Positions 29,259 through 38,755 of a DNA stretch of 64,000 nucleotides are shown one piece after another. The translations under genes were made by a program, and so were the position numbers. The DNA is from Bdellovibrionales bacterium (lineage in GTDB: Bacteria; Bdellovibrionota; UBA1018; CAIMNF01). The notes beneath the pieces were generated by a model. It saw only the letters and a list, made by a program, of their open reading frames with translations. It had not been told where the DNA came from and did no database searches. Numbering within the stretch: position 1 is the first letter of the stretch; every line of letters begins with the position of its first letter. The stretch lies in assembly GCA_040380025.1 (NCBI GenBank), contig JBEIJY010000005.1:1-64000 (forward strand), read 5' to 3'.

Positions 29259-29861
29259 TCAATATCCCGCGGTGCTATTCACGAGATTTTTCGTCTGGTC
29301 GATGGTCCACACGTCATTCCCGTTGAAGCCGGAGCGGATTTTACCAACGGCTTGGACGGTGAAAGTAGTACCCGTAATCGCTGAGGATACCAGCGTACCC
29401 TCTGCAGGCAAGGTTCCGCCCCCGTCTGCGACGGTCGCGAGAAAGTGAGTACTGCCGGGACTCGATGAACAGGACGCTGAAGCGGCCCAAGTGGTCACGC
29501 CGTTCGCCACGGCACTGGTGAACTGATACCCGAGGCAGGACACACCCGTAGCCGCAGGACCGCAAGAGTTCCCTGATAACGCAGTATTGGTGAACCCGAC
29601 CGTGTAATAAAATTTGTTCCCGTCGCGCCCGAATCCGATGTTCGAAAGGCAAGCAGTATAAGAGTTGTTCTCGATCTGAAACGCAGTCTCGGCGCTGTGG
29701 GCCGAGCTCAAACTGACTTTCGCCTCGGTCTGTCGCGCTTTGGCCTGCATCTTCGAATATTGCGGCAGTGCGATCGTGGCAAGAATCCCGATGATCGCCA
29801 CCACCACCATGAGTTCCACAAGCGTGAATCCGGACCGGTTCGAAAATTGGACTGGTTTCAT
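29259..29861 (-). CDS. pilA: Type IV major pilin
   Basis: Prepilin site SG|FTLVELMVVVAIIGILATIALPQY, located within the pil cluster. Confidence 0.9.
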   Translation of the reverse strand: MKPVQFSNRSGFTLVELMVVVAIIGILATIALPQYSKMQAKARQTEAKVSLSSAHSAETAFQIENNSYTACLSNIGFGRDGNKFYYTVGFTNTALSGNSCGPAATGVSCLGYQFTSAVANGVTTWAASASCSSSPGSTHFLATVADGGGTLPAEGTLVSSAITGTTFTVQAVGKIRSGFNGNDVWTIDQTKNLVNSTAGY

Positions 29862-29902
29862 TTGTCCCCCCTTTTTGATTCCATCCTTGGTGTCTTCTTC
29901 TT

Positions 29903-29932
29903 ATTATAAGGGCGAGTCCGATGAAATGGCGA
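29903..29932 (-). promoter_or_regulatory. Candidate sigma70 promoter of pilA
   Basis: Minus strand TCGCCA-N18-TATAAT, with GGGGGGA RBS before the ATG. Confidence 0.55.
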
Positions 29933-30622
29933 CATCTTTTTCATCATCATGCCTTTCTGTCTTTGGCTTTTTTATGCGGGTTCATCTCGATTTTGAACGG
30001 CTTCCGTTTCGAGTCCCTGCGTGTCCGCGAGGACACCGGGCTTGAGCTCGGGCCCCCCGTGTACCGGCTCCTGACCGCCGGCTTCTGGCCGGCGGCCGTG
30101 GACTTCTTGTGGATCCGCTCCTTGCAAGAAATCGGCGACCACCATGAGGCCGCATCCGGCCCGGCATCCGATGCCGCGCGGGAACGTCTGATCCGTCTGT
30201 ATCGCGAGGTTCAGGCGATGGACCCGTATTTTTACGAAACCTACGAGCAGGGAGCGGTGTTTTTCGCCCTGGTCCGGAACGACCCTGGCCCTGCGCTCGA
30301 GATCCTCGACCGCGGCATTGCCGTTCACCGCTCGGGGCAGGCGCCGAAGGTCTTCTGGACCCATCCGTGGTCGCTTCATCTTCTGCGGGGCTATGGGAAT
30401 GCCTTTCAGCGAGGGGACTTCGAGGCGGCCAAACAAGACTACCTGAACGCCGCGCGCGTTCCCGGCGCGCCGGAGTATCTGAGTGCGATGCAAAAATGGC
30501 TTTCAAAAAAAGAGGGCGCGCGTCTCCTTGCCAGTAAGGTCCTGAAGATCCTGGCCGACCAAACCCCGGACCCGGTTTTGAAACAAAAATACCAAGAGGC
30601 ACAAAAGAAATATGAGCCATGA
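29921..30622 (+). CDS. PilG-like accessory protein (Myxococcus PilGHI type)
   Basis: AVDFLWIRSLQ and DPYF...Y motifs, TPR-like helices, directly upstream of the ABC genes. Confidence 0.65.
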   Translation: MKWRHLFHHHAFLSLAFLCGFISILNGFRFESLRVREDTGLELGPPVYRLLTAGFWPAAVDFLWIRSLQEIGDHHEAASGPASDAARERLIRLYREVQAMDPYFYETYEQGAVFFALVRNDPGPALEILDRGIAVHRSGQAPKVFWTHPWSLHLLRGYGNAFQRGDFEAAKQDYLNAARVPGAPEYLSAMQKWLSKKEGARLLASKVLKILADQTPDPVLKQKYQEAQKKYEP

Positions 30623-31268
30623 ACCCGCTCTCAAAGTCGAAGGCGTGGGCTTTTCGATCGGGAAGCGCACGCTTCTGCACGGAATTCACCTCGCGATTCC
30701 CGCCGGATCCGCACTCGCCGTGGTGGGCCACAACGGAGCCGGAAAAACCACGCTCTTCCAGCTCATCCTCGGGCTCAAGTTTCCGGATCAGGGCCGGATC
30801 ACCATTTTCGGCGAGTCTTCGCTTACCGAGCGGGCACGACAAAAAATCGGGTATGTTCCCGAGCGTCCCTACCTGAACCCCGATCACACGCTCGGGCGGG
30901 CTCTCCGGTACCACTACGAACTGGCAGGGCTCCCGCCCGCCACACGCAATGCCGAGATCGAACGGGTCGCAAGCGGGGTCGGCCTCGGGGGACACCTCGA
31001 GCAGAAGCTCCGCACGTTTTCAAAAGGGATGCTGCAAAAGTCGATGATCGCTCTCGCGCTTCTGGGTGATCCGCCGCTTTTGATTCTCGATGAGCCCATG
31101 AGCGGGCTCGACCCCGAGGCTCGCGAGACCATGAAGGCCTGGTTTTTGGATTGGAAATCCAAGGGCCGGACGATTCTTTTTTCGACCCATGTGCCCGAGG
31201 ATGTCGAATCGCTTGCGAATCGGGTGCTCGCCCTGAAAGAAGGCCGGATGATCAAGGAGCTCGCATGA
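30612..31268 (+). CDS. ABC transporter ATP-binding protein (PilH-like)
   Basis: GHNGAGKTT, FSKGMLQ and LILDEPMSGLDP motifs. Confidence 0.9.
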   Translation: MSHEPALKVEGVGFSIGKRTLLHGIHLAIPAGSALAVVGHNGAGKTTLFQLILGLKFPDQGRITIFGESSLTERARQKIGYVPERPYLNPDHTLGRALRYHYELAGLPPATRNAEIERVASGVGLGGHLEQKLRTFSKGMLQKSMIALALLGDPPLLILDEPMSGLDPEARETMKAWFLDWKSKGRTILFSTHVPEDVESLANRVLALKEGRMIKELA

Positions 31269-32044
31269 ACCGCACTCTTCGCGCATTCCGGGCCGTCGCC
31301 TTCGAGAGCTTTCTGGAGGGGATCCGGGCCCGCACCCTGTACAATGTGTTCTTTGCGAGTTTGTTCTTGCTGGGAGTGGGCTACCTTGCGGCCCTGCTGG
31401 TGTACGGCCATCAAGAGCGGGTGCTCTTGCACTTCGGACTGCTCGTGAATGCGCTCTCGGTGTTCGTCGTCGCGGCCGGCGCGGGTGCTCGCTCGATTCA
31501 TGCCGAGATCGAACAACGGACCGCCGGGCCGGTGCTGGCGCGGCCCGTCTCGCGGAGCGCGTATTTCTTCGGAAAGTGGGCCGGGATTCTTGCGTTCTCG
31601 GCCTTGAATCTCGCGCTTCTGTACGGAATCCTCGCGATTGGCGTCCGCGAGGCGGGGGTGAGCTTCTCTGCACCATTTTTTTTGGCGTTCTTGCAGTCCT
31701 TCGGACTGATTCTCGCCGAATCGGCGGTGGTCTCGGCGCTCGCGCTTTTTTGTTCGCTGTTCTTCCGGCCGGGAATCACGGTCTTGATCGCCCTCTCGTT
31801 TTTTTTCATCGCCCACAATCACCCGCAGTTGGCCCTGATCGCAAAAGAAGGGGGCGGCGGGGGGATCCTGCCCCTTCTGATGCGGGTCACGCCCGACGGC
31901 GGAGCCTGGCTCATGGACTTGCGGGTTTATTATCAACAACCGCTCGAGGCATTCGACTGGATGCTTCGGGTCGGGTACGGTCTCGGTTGGGCGCTCTTGT
32001 TCGCCCTGGCCGGAAATGCAGTTTTTTACAGAAAGAACCTCTGA
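31265..32044 (+). CDS. ABC transporter permease (PilI-like)
   Basis: EIEQRT..PVLARPVSR..YFFGKW motif, about 6 TM segments, ATGA overlap. Confidence 0.85.
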   Translation: MNRTLRAFRAVAFESFLEGIRARTLYNVFFASLFLLGVGYLAALLVYGHQERVLLHFGLLVNALSVFVVAAGAGARSIHAEIEQRTAGPVLARPVSRSAYFFGKWAGILAFSALNLALLYGILAIGVREAGVSFSAPFFLAFLQSFGLILAESAVVSALALFCSLFFRPGITVLIALSFFFIAHNHPQLALIAKEGGGGGILPLLMRVTPDGGAWLMDLRVYYQQPLEAFDWMLRVGYGLGWALLFALAGNAVFYRKNL

Positions 32045-32045
32045 A

Positions 32046-32813
32046 ATGCTCACGAATCTGGTGGTGGTCCTGTTCGGTCTGGTGATCGGGAGTTTCTTGA
32101 ACGTGGTGATCCATCGTCTTCCGCTCGATCAGTCGGTGGTGCATCCCCGGAGCCGGTGTCCGAAGTGCGAAACCCCGATTCGCTGGTACCAGAACCTTCC
32201 CTTGTTCAGTTATCTCGTTTTGCGCGGAAAGTGCGCCGCTTGCGGAACGCCGATCTCCTTGCGCTATCCACTCGTCGAACTGCTGACCGCGATTTTGTTT
32301 TTGCTGTCATTCCGGGGTGTCGCCCTCGATCTTGCCGGCGTCATGGCGCAGTTCCGGATCTGGTTCTTCATCGCGATCTCGATCGCGGTCACCTTCATCG
32401 ACTTCGACCACCGGATCATCCCCCATGAACTCAGCTTCGGCGGGTGGGCGGTCGGGGCCCTGACTTCTTTATGGGATTTCCGTGAGGGGGCGCAGCCGCT
32501 TCTTCTCGCCTCGTTGGCGGGTTACGGGTTCTTTTGGGTATTTGCGCGAATTTACGAGCGGATCACGGGCAGGGTGGGACTCGGCGGCGGGGACATCAAT
32601 TTCATGGGTACGATCGGGGTGTTTCTGGGCTTCGGCGGGATCTGGTCGGCGGTGATGATCAGTTCGGTCGTGGGGTCGATTGCGGGAATTGCGGCGGCCA
32701 AGATCCAAAAATCCGAGGCGATCCTGAAGACGGCGATTCCTTACGGGCCTTTTCTCGTCCTCGGAGCTCTGGTAGAACTTTTCTTCGAGGTGTCGCGATG
32801 GATCAGCCCATAG
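32046..32813 (+). CDS. pilD: Prepilin peptidase
   Basis: GSFLNVVIHRLP, two CxxC, IDFDH..IP, GGGD and IPYGPFL motifs. Confidence 0.95.
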   Translation: MLTNLVVVLFGLVIGSFLNVVIHRLPLDQSVVHPRSRCPKCETPIRWYQNLPLFSYLVLRGKCAACGTPISLRYPLVELLTAILFLLSFRGVALDLAGVMAQFRIWFFIAISIAVTFIDFDHRIIPHELSFGGWAVGALTSLWDFREGAQPLLLASLAGYGFFWVFARIYERITGRVGLGGGDINFMGTIGVFLGFGGIWSAVMISSVVGSIAGIAAAKIQKSEAILKTAIPYGPFLVLGALVELFFEVSRWISP

Positions 32814-33361
32814 AAGAAGAGTGGCGGAATTACGAGCTCCACGAGAAGGTACGGATCCGGGATCAGAAAAAACGGTTCTGGACCATCACGCTTGCGGTGA
32901 GTCTGTTTTTGGGTCTTTGTGCCGTTCCGGTGGTCCGCGAGCGTCTTCCGAAATGGCGGGGGCTCGATGCCGCGCGGGTGATCTCGCTTTCGCTCGAAGC
33001 CATGAAGACCCGTTCGATCCGCGAAAAAAAGCCGCTTCGGATGCGCTTCACGGCAGAAGGAGCCTATCGCATCGAGGTCTTGAATGACTGCAAGGATGCG
33101 GCTCCGTTGCGGGTTGACGCCGATGTTTCCTGGCCGGATCGCGGAGGGGCCCTTGCAGTTCTTGCTCGCGGGGATCTCGAGAAGTTCGCGATCGGGCAGG
33201 GGGTCGAGACCGTTTGTTTCGATCCCGTTTTCGGTCTTTCCGGGAGCGAATCCCGGCAAGTGCTGGTGGTCGTTCCTGTCAAGGACCTGTCGGAGGGGCG
33301 GCTCGATCGCGCTTCGTATGTGGTCCTTGAAGGAGAATCGGCAAAAATTTCCATAAATTAA
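32798..33361 (+). CDS. Hypothetical single-TM protein with FimT/GspH-like helix but no prepilin cleavage site
   Basis: TM segment followed by AARVISLSLEAMKTRSIREKKPLRMRF. Lies between pilD and pilM. Confidence 0.55.
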   Translation: MDQPIEEEWRNYELHEKVRIRDQKKRFWTITLAVSLFLGLCAVPVVRERLPKWRGLDAARVISLSLEAMKTRSIREKKPLRMRFTAEGAYRIEVLNDCKDAAPLRVDADVSWPDRGGALAVLARGDLEKFAIGQGVETVCFDPVFGLSGSESRQVLVVVPVKDLSEGRLDRASYVVLEGESAKISIN

Positions 33362-33409
33362 ATCTCCGGCAATTGAGTTTTGCCGGAGCGCTGTGTACCC
33401 TGAAAGAGA

Positions 33410-34513
33410 ATGGCTTCCGCTCAAGGACGGGCAGGACGAAGTGGATCAGGGGGATTCTTTTCGGGGTTCAATTTTTTGAGCTCCGGAGGCCCCTCTGTCG
33501 GTATCAGCATCGGCGCCTCCTGCGTGAAGGTCGTCGAACTCAAGAAATCCGGTAAATCCTGGCAGTTTTCGAAATACGCGAGCAGTCCGCTCCAAGGGGG
33601 AGTCTCCGAGCACCGCGAGATCATCGATGCGGGAGCGGTTTCGCGCGCGATCCTCGATGCGATGGCGAAGGCCGGAATCAGCACCAAAGAGGTTTGCGCC
33701 TCGGTTGCCGGGAGCGGCGTGATCATCAAGACCCTCACCGTCACGGTGGCCGACATGAAGGAGCTGAACGATCAGGTCCTTTGGGAGGCCGAGCAGTACA
33801 TTCCCTTCGACATCAACGATGTCGCCGTCGATTATCAGATCCTCCGCCGTCTGAAGGACAATCAAGTCGAGGTCATCGTCGTCGCCGTGAAGAACGACGT
33901 GATCGAGCAGGTCCGGAACGTAATGGAGATCTCGAAGCTCCGCATGAACGTGCTCGACGTCGAGGTCTTCGCGCTCCAGAACTGCTTCGAGATGAATCAG
34001 GATCCGCCGGCGAATCTCTCGGTCATGATCGCAGACATCGGAGCGATGAGCACCAAGACCATCATCTGTGCCGAGGGGAAGCCGCTCTTTACCAAGGATG
34101 CGCCCTATGGCGGTATGATGGTCACCCGCGAGATCCAGCGCGAGCTGAAGCTCGCCACGTTTCTCGATGCCGAATCGCTCAAGGTTTCGGGCAATCTCCC
34201 GCAGGAAGTCGCCGACATCGTGAGTCGCACCTCGCACACCCTCGGGGCGGAGCTCAAAAAATCGATCGATTATTACAACGCATCCTCGGTGGGACCACCT
34301 GTTTCGGTGTTGTACCTTTCGGGAGGAGCCTCCCGCGCTCCCGGGTTGGCCCACGCGATTTCAGAATACGTTTCGATTCCCGTCGAGTTCCTGAATCCGT
34401 TCGAAAAAGTGAAGCCCGCCGGAAAAGACATGAGCGATGCGTTTCTCGAGAGCATCGCGGCCGAGGTGGTCGTGCCCATGGGGCTCGCCTTGAGGTCGAA
34501 GGACAAACCATGA
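33410..34513 (+). CDS. pilM: Type IV pilus assembly protein PilM
   Basis: EAEQYIPFDINDV..DY, DIGA and LSGGAS motifs, ALR end. Confidence 0.92.
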   Translation: MASAQGRAGRSGSGGFFSGFNFLSSGGPSVGISIGASCVKVVELKKSGKSWQFSKYASSPLQGGVSEHREIIDAGAVSRAILDAMAKAGISTKEVCASVAGSGVIIKTLTVTVADMKELNDQVLWEAEQYIPFDINDVAVDYQILRRLKDNQVEVIVVAVKNDVIEQVRNVMEISKLRMNVLDVEVFALQNCFEMNQDPPANLSVMIADIGAMSTKTIICAEGKPLFTKDAPYGGMMVTREIQRELKLATFLDAESLKVSGNLPQEVADIVSRTSHTLGAELKKSIDYYNASSVGPPVSVLYLSGGASRAPGLAHAISEYVSIPVEFLNPFEKVKPAGKDMSDAFLESIAAEVVVPMGLALRSKDKP

Positions 34514-35103
34514 TCCGGATCAACCTGGCCAGACAAAAGAAGTCATCCCTTTCCTCGGGCGGTTCCGTCAAAATCTCGGACGGCGGGGGTTCGGGCGGGC
34601 TTTCGGTCCTGTTGCTCCGGATCGTTCTCCCGCTCGGGATCGGATTCGCCTCTAACTTCGCGCTCGAGACGTACTTTGCCTCTCAGAGAGAAGGCATGGA
34701 GGCCGAGATCGCCTCGATCGAAGACGAGAAGCTGAAGGCGACCAAGAAGCTTGCCGAGGTCAAGGGCTTCGAGACCGAGAAGAAAAAGCTCGAACAAACC
34801 CAGCAGTTCATTCGCACCAAGATCGAAACCATCGAAAAGCTCGTTCAGAACCGTGACTCCACGGCGCAAGGTCTGCTGAGTCTCTCGCGTGCCATGCCCC
34901 GCGATGTCTGGCTCACCGAGATCTCCGATTCGGGCGACGCCTTCGAGATCAAGGGCTCCACGCTCGATGCCGGCCTCGTGAGTGATCTCATGGTGAAGTT
35001 GCAAAAAAGCGTTTTCTTCCAGGATGTCCAGCTCAAGAACAGCGTGAGCCGGGATCAGGTCGGAAGCCTTGCGGATTTCCAGCTGGGAGGGAAGCACGAG
35101 TAA
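34510..35103 (+). CDS. pilN: Type IV pilus assembly protein PilN
   Basis: MIRINL start, TM, coiled coil, PRDVWLTEI. Confidence 0.88.
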   Translation: MIRINLARQKKSSLSSGGSVKISDGGGSGGLSVLLLRIVLPLGIGFASNFALETYFASQREGMEAEIASIEDEKLKATKKLAEVKGFETEKKKLEQTQQFIRTKIETIEKLVQNRDSTAQGLLSLSRAMPRDVWLTEISDSGDAFEIKGSTLDAGLVSDLMVKLQKSVFFQDVQLKNSVSRDQVGSLADFQLGGKHE

Positions 35104-35711
35104 TGGACTCCCTGAAGCGAATCCCCTCTTTTGTTCTGCTCTTGCTCTGGCTTGGGTTCCTGGGCTGGAAGGCCTACGAGTTCCACTACGCCGCAGATGG
35201 TGCGGTCGAGTCGCATGCGGTCCGGGTTGCCGCGCTCAAGTCCGAGCTGAAGGGATTGAACGACCGCTATCAGGAGGGGCAGGGATTCCTGAAAACCCTG
35301 AATGCAAAAAAAGAAGAAATCCGCTCCCAGGCACGGAAGCTCGCCGAATTCCAGGGCGCCTTGTCGGAGCAAGCCGATCTTGTCGGACTCCTGAAGGTGC
35401 TGCTCACCGAGGCGAAGAAAATCGGACTCCGGGTCGATCGCATGGAGCCCGGACGAAAGACCCTGCGTCCGTTCTACATCGAGCAGGAATCGAAGCTCGA
35501 GCTCCGCGGTACCTTCCAGCAACTGCACCTGTTTGTGTATCGGGTGTCCCGCCTGCAGCGCATTTTGCGGATCCAGAATTTCCGGATCCGCCCGGTCTCG
35601 ACCACTTCGGGATCCGCTCTGGCGCCCCTGGTGGCCGATCTCGGCGTCTCCTCGTTCCAGTACGTGGTGAGCCAGGAGGATTCTCTCCTGAAGTCAGAGG
35701 AGGCCAAATGA
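35103..35711 (+). CDS. pilO: Type IV pilus assembly protein PilO
   Basis: TM, coiled coil, LRGTFQQLHLFVYRVSRLQRI. Synteny supports the call. Confidence 0.85.
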   Translation: MDSLKRIPSFVLLLLWLGFLGWKAYEFHYAADGAVESHAVRVAALKSELKGLNDRYQEGQGFLKTLNAKKEEIRSQARKLAEFQGALSEQADLVGLLKVLLTEAKKIGLRVDRMEPGRKTLRPFYIEQESKLELRGTFQQLHLFVYRVSRLQRILRIQNFRIRPVSTTSGSALAPLVADLGVSSFQYVVSQEDSLLKSEEAK

Positions 35712-36169
35712 ACTCCGCGATTCTTCTGCTTCCGTTTCTGATGTCCGGATTCACCGCGCAGGCCGCAGTTCCCGCAACGGACTCCGTCCCGTCGGTGGAG
35801 GTGGTGCTCGGAGAAGAGCTGATTCTCGGGCTTCGCGATCCGTTCCAACCCCCTTCCGCCCTCAAGGCGAAGAATTCGAGCAAGCTCACCGATCTCGAGA
35901 TCCTTCCTTTGAAGGACCTGAAGCTGAACGGCGTGATTACCGGTCCCAAAAAAACGAGGGCGATGGTGACCACTCCCGGGAACAAGATTTTCTTCGTCAA
36001 GGTGGGGGATAAGGTCGGACTGCGCGACGGGAAGGTCACGCAGATCCTGAACGATGCGATCCGCGTGACCGAATACTATCTGAACGAAAAAGGACAGCAG
36101 GTACCCGATGTTCAGGAGATCCGCCTCGACGGCGAAATCGTCTCGATGTCGAAGAGAGAAGGGGAGTGA
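35708..36169 (+). CDS. pilP: Type IV pilus assembly protein PilP
   Basis: RDPF, LKLNGVI, RAMV and VKVGDKVG..DGKV motifs. No lipobox Cys. Confidence 0.85.
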   Translation: MNSAILLLPFLMSGFTAQAAVPATDSVPSVEVVLGEELILGLRDPFQPPSALKAKNSSKLTDLEILPLKDLKLNGVITGPKKTRAMVTTPGNKIFFVKVGDKVGLRDGKVTQILNDAIRVTEYYLNEKGQQVPDVQEIRLDGEIVSMSKREGE

Positions 36170-36173
36170 ATCC

Positions 36174-37553
36174 ATGAGCAAATTCGGATGGGCGGTATTC
36201 TCGCTGATGATGGTTCTTTCTCCGGGAGCGCTCCGCGCGCAGGAAGATGCGCTCGGGGTCGCGGCCGCCGCGGCCGATGGCGGAGCCGGCAAGAAGTTCA
36301 CCGGGTCGCCCATCACGCTCAAAATGAAGGACGCCGACGTGCGTGAGGTCATGCGGCTCATCAGTGAGGCAAGCGGATTCAATGTGGTGCTGAGTCCCGA
36401 GGTGCGAGGTTCGGTGACGGTGTCCCTCGAGGAAGTGCCCTGGGACCAAGCGCTCGAGGTCGTATTGAACACGCTCGGACTCGTGGCCGAGCGGAACGAG
36501 AGCGTTCTGAAGATCATGCCGAAAGAGGCGCTCCTCCGGCAGAAGCAGGCTGAGATCGAAGGTCAGCGGGTCGCAAAACAAGGCGCGACCCGGATCACCC
36601 GGGTGTTTCCGGTGAGCTATGCCGATCCGGCGAGCCTCCAAGGCCTACTGAAGCAATATGCGACCTCGATCGGTCAGGAGACGGGCGGTCTTGCGCCGGT
36701 GATCCTTGTGGATCAGAACACCCAGAGTCTCATCGTCCAGGACACCGAAGAGGGGATCGAGCGGGTCAAGAAAGTCATCCGTCTTCTCGATGTCCAGACC
36801 CCGCAGGTCATCATCGAGGCGAAGGTGATCGATGCTTCCGAGGGGTTCTCGCGCTCGCTCGACGGCAAGTTCCAGGTCACGGCAGGGCAATCTTCGGCTT
36901 CGATCAACGGGGGGCTCGCGGGAGCGACCTCGCCGGGAACGGGCGGTGCCGGCGCCGCCGCAGGAGGAAGCCGGAATGCGAACACCTTCCGCTTCGGAAT
37001 CGGAAACACCTTTTCGCTGAACGCGCTCTTGAACTACTCGGAAGGAGAGAACCGGGCGAAGGTGATCTCGACTCCGCGGGTGCTGGTCCTGAGCGGAAAG
37101 CAAGCCACGATCACCCAAGGGTCGAACCTGGCCGTCCGGCAGGTCACCGCGCAGGCCAACGGCACGACACTTGAGACGATCAACTTTGTGCCGTACAATA
37201 CGAATTTGAATGTCACCCCACGCGCCACCAACGACGGATCGGTCTTCATGAAGCTCTCGCTCAGTCGCGACACGGTATTCACCGACACGAACGGCCAGAC
37301 CGCCGTTGCCCCGCGGAACATCAACACCGAGGTGATCGTCGAGAGCGGAAACACTCTGGTAATCGGGGGCGTGCAGAGCATGTCTGAGTCCGAAAATTCG
37401 GCTGGATTCCCGTTTCTTCGTAAAATTCCCATTCTCGGCTGGCTCTTCGGTTCCGAGAATTCCACCAACGACAAAAACGAGCTCATGTTTTTTGTGACCC
37501 CGAGAATCCTGAACTCCCGGGGCACGACCGAAACGGAAACCAGCAAGCAATGA
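36174..37553 (+). CDS. pilQ: Type IV pilus secretin PilQ (short form)
   Basis: ITLKMKDADVREV, VPWDQALE, PQVIIEAKV, P.LRKIPILGWLF and ELMFFVTPRI motifs. Confidence 0.93.
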   Translation: MSKFGWAVFSLMMVLSPGALRAQEDALGVAAAAADGGAGKKFTGSPITLKMKDADVREVMRLISEASGFNVVLSPEVRGSVTVSLEEVPWDQALEVVLNTLGLVAERNESVLKIMPKEALLRQKQAEIEGQRVAKQGATRITRVFPVSYADPASLQGLLKQYATSIGQETGGLAPVILVDQNTQSLIVQDTEEGIERVKKVIRLLDVQTPQVIIEAKVIDASEGFSRSLDGKFQVTAGQSSASINGGLAGATSPGTGGAGAAAGGSRNANTFRFGIGNTFSLNALLNYSEGENRAKVISTPRVLVLSGKQATITQGSNLAVRQVTAQANGTTLETINFVPYNTNLNVTPRATNDGSVFMKLSLSRDTVFTDTNGQTAVAPRNINTEVIVESGNTLVIGGVQSMSESENSAGFPFLRKIPILGWLFGSENSTNDKNELMFFVTPRILNSRGTTETETSKQ

Positions 37554-38149
37554 AATCCTCGCGCGGAAATCCCCAGATCTATCACTACCTGAAGAAATAT
37601 CAGGCCGATCCCCGGTCACGGGTCTTCGCTCCGCTTGCCGAGGCGTACAGAAAGGCCGGACTTCCGGACGAGGCGATCGAGATCTGCCGCGACGGCATCC
37701 GGCACCATCCCCACTTCATCGGAGGGCGCGTCGCTCTGGCGCGCGCCCTGTTCGACAAGGGCGATTACGAAGGAACCGTGCGGGAGCTCGAGAGCGTGGT
37801 GGTCGATGCGCCCGATAACTTGGTGGCACAGAAACTCCTGGCCGAGAGCTTTTTGATTCTCGGTCGGGTCGGAGAGTCGCTTGAGGCGTACAAGGTCCTG
37901 CTTTTCTTCATGCCGCGGGACCGCGAAATCGCAAGTCTCGTCTCGGAGCTCGAGACCCGCGCTTACGAAGAGGGAAGACTTGCGTTGCGATCGGATCCGG
38001 TTCCGCTCCGGAACTTCGCGGTCGAGACCGCCGAAAAGGCGATCGAGGCCGACCCGGGAGTTCGGAAGCGGGAGTGGATCAACCGAATCGAGTTACTCCA
38101 GTCCCTTCTTGTCCGGGTCCAACGGATTAAACTTGCGAACCATGCTTGA
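37550..38149 (+). CDS. Tetratricopeptide repeat protein
   Basis: DPRSRVFAPLAEAYRKAG and TPR periodicity. Confidence 0.8.
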   Translation: MKSSRGNPQIYHYLKKYQADPRSRVFAPLAEAYRKAGLPDEAIEICRDGIRHHPHFIGGRVALARALFDKGDYEGTVRELESVVVDAPDNLVAQKLLAESFLILGRVGESLEAYKVLLFFMPRDREIASLVSELETRAYEEGRLALRSDPVPLRNFAVETAEKAIEADPGVRKREWINRIELLQSLLVRVQRIKLANHA

Positions 38150-38182
38150 CCTTTGGTATCAAAATTTCCTACCGGAGGCTTC

Positions 38183-38755
38183 ATGGCATCAGTTTATCCT
38201 ACGAATGAGTTTCGCAAAAACCTGAAGCTCGATATCGACAACACCCCTTTTCAGATCGTCGAGTTCCAGCACGTCAGTCCGGGGAAGGGCAGTGCTTTCA
38301 CCCGCACCCGTCTTAAAAACCTTTTGAACGGCAACGTGATCGAACGTACCTTCAAATCGGGCGAGAAAATCCCTGCCGCGAACGTCGACATCAAAGAAAT
38401 GCAGTTCCTGTACAAGGACGGCAGCGGTTACAACTTCATGAACACCGAGAACTTCGAGCAAACCATCATCAGCGAGGAGCAGATCGGCGAGCAATCCCTG
38501 TTCATGCAGGACAACATGCAGGTCCAAGTGTTGTTCTACAACGAGAAGCCGATCTCGGTGGAACTCCCGACCTTTGTCGAGCTCAAGGTCGTGAAAACCG
38601 ATCCGAGCTTCCGCGGAGACACGGTGACCGGCGGATCCAAACCCGCCACTCTCGAAACCGGCGCGGTGATCCAGGTGCCTTTCCATATTTCTGAAGGGGA
38701 CCTCCTGAAAGTCGATACGAGGGATGCGACCTATGTCGAAAAAGCCAACAAATAA
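38183..38755 (+). CDS. efp: Elongation factor P
   Basis: PGKGSAF, RGDT and KPATLETG motifs, GGAGG RBS. Confidence 0.97.
   Translation: MASVYPTNEFRKNLKLDIDNTPFQIVEFQHVSPGKGSAFTRTRLKNLLNGNVIERTFKSGEKIPAANVDIKEMQFLYKDGSGYNFMNTENFEQTIISEEQIGEQSLFMQDNMQVQVLFYNEKPISVELPTFVELKVVKTDPSFRGDTVTGGSKPATLETGAVIQVPFHISEGDLLKVDTRDATYVEKANK

Noticed and set aside
38733..38755. efp/accB 23-nt overlap as a frameshift fusion
   Set aside because: Both genes are complete, and the efp-accB-accC order is common.
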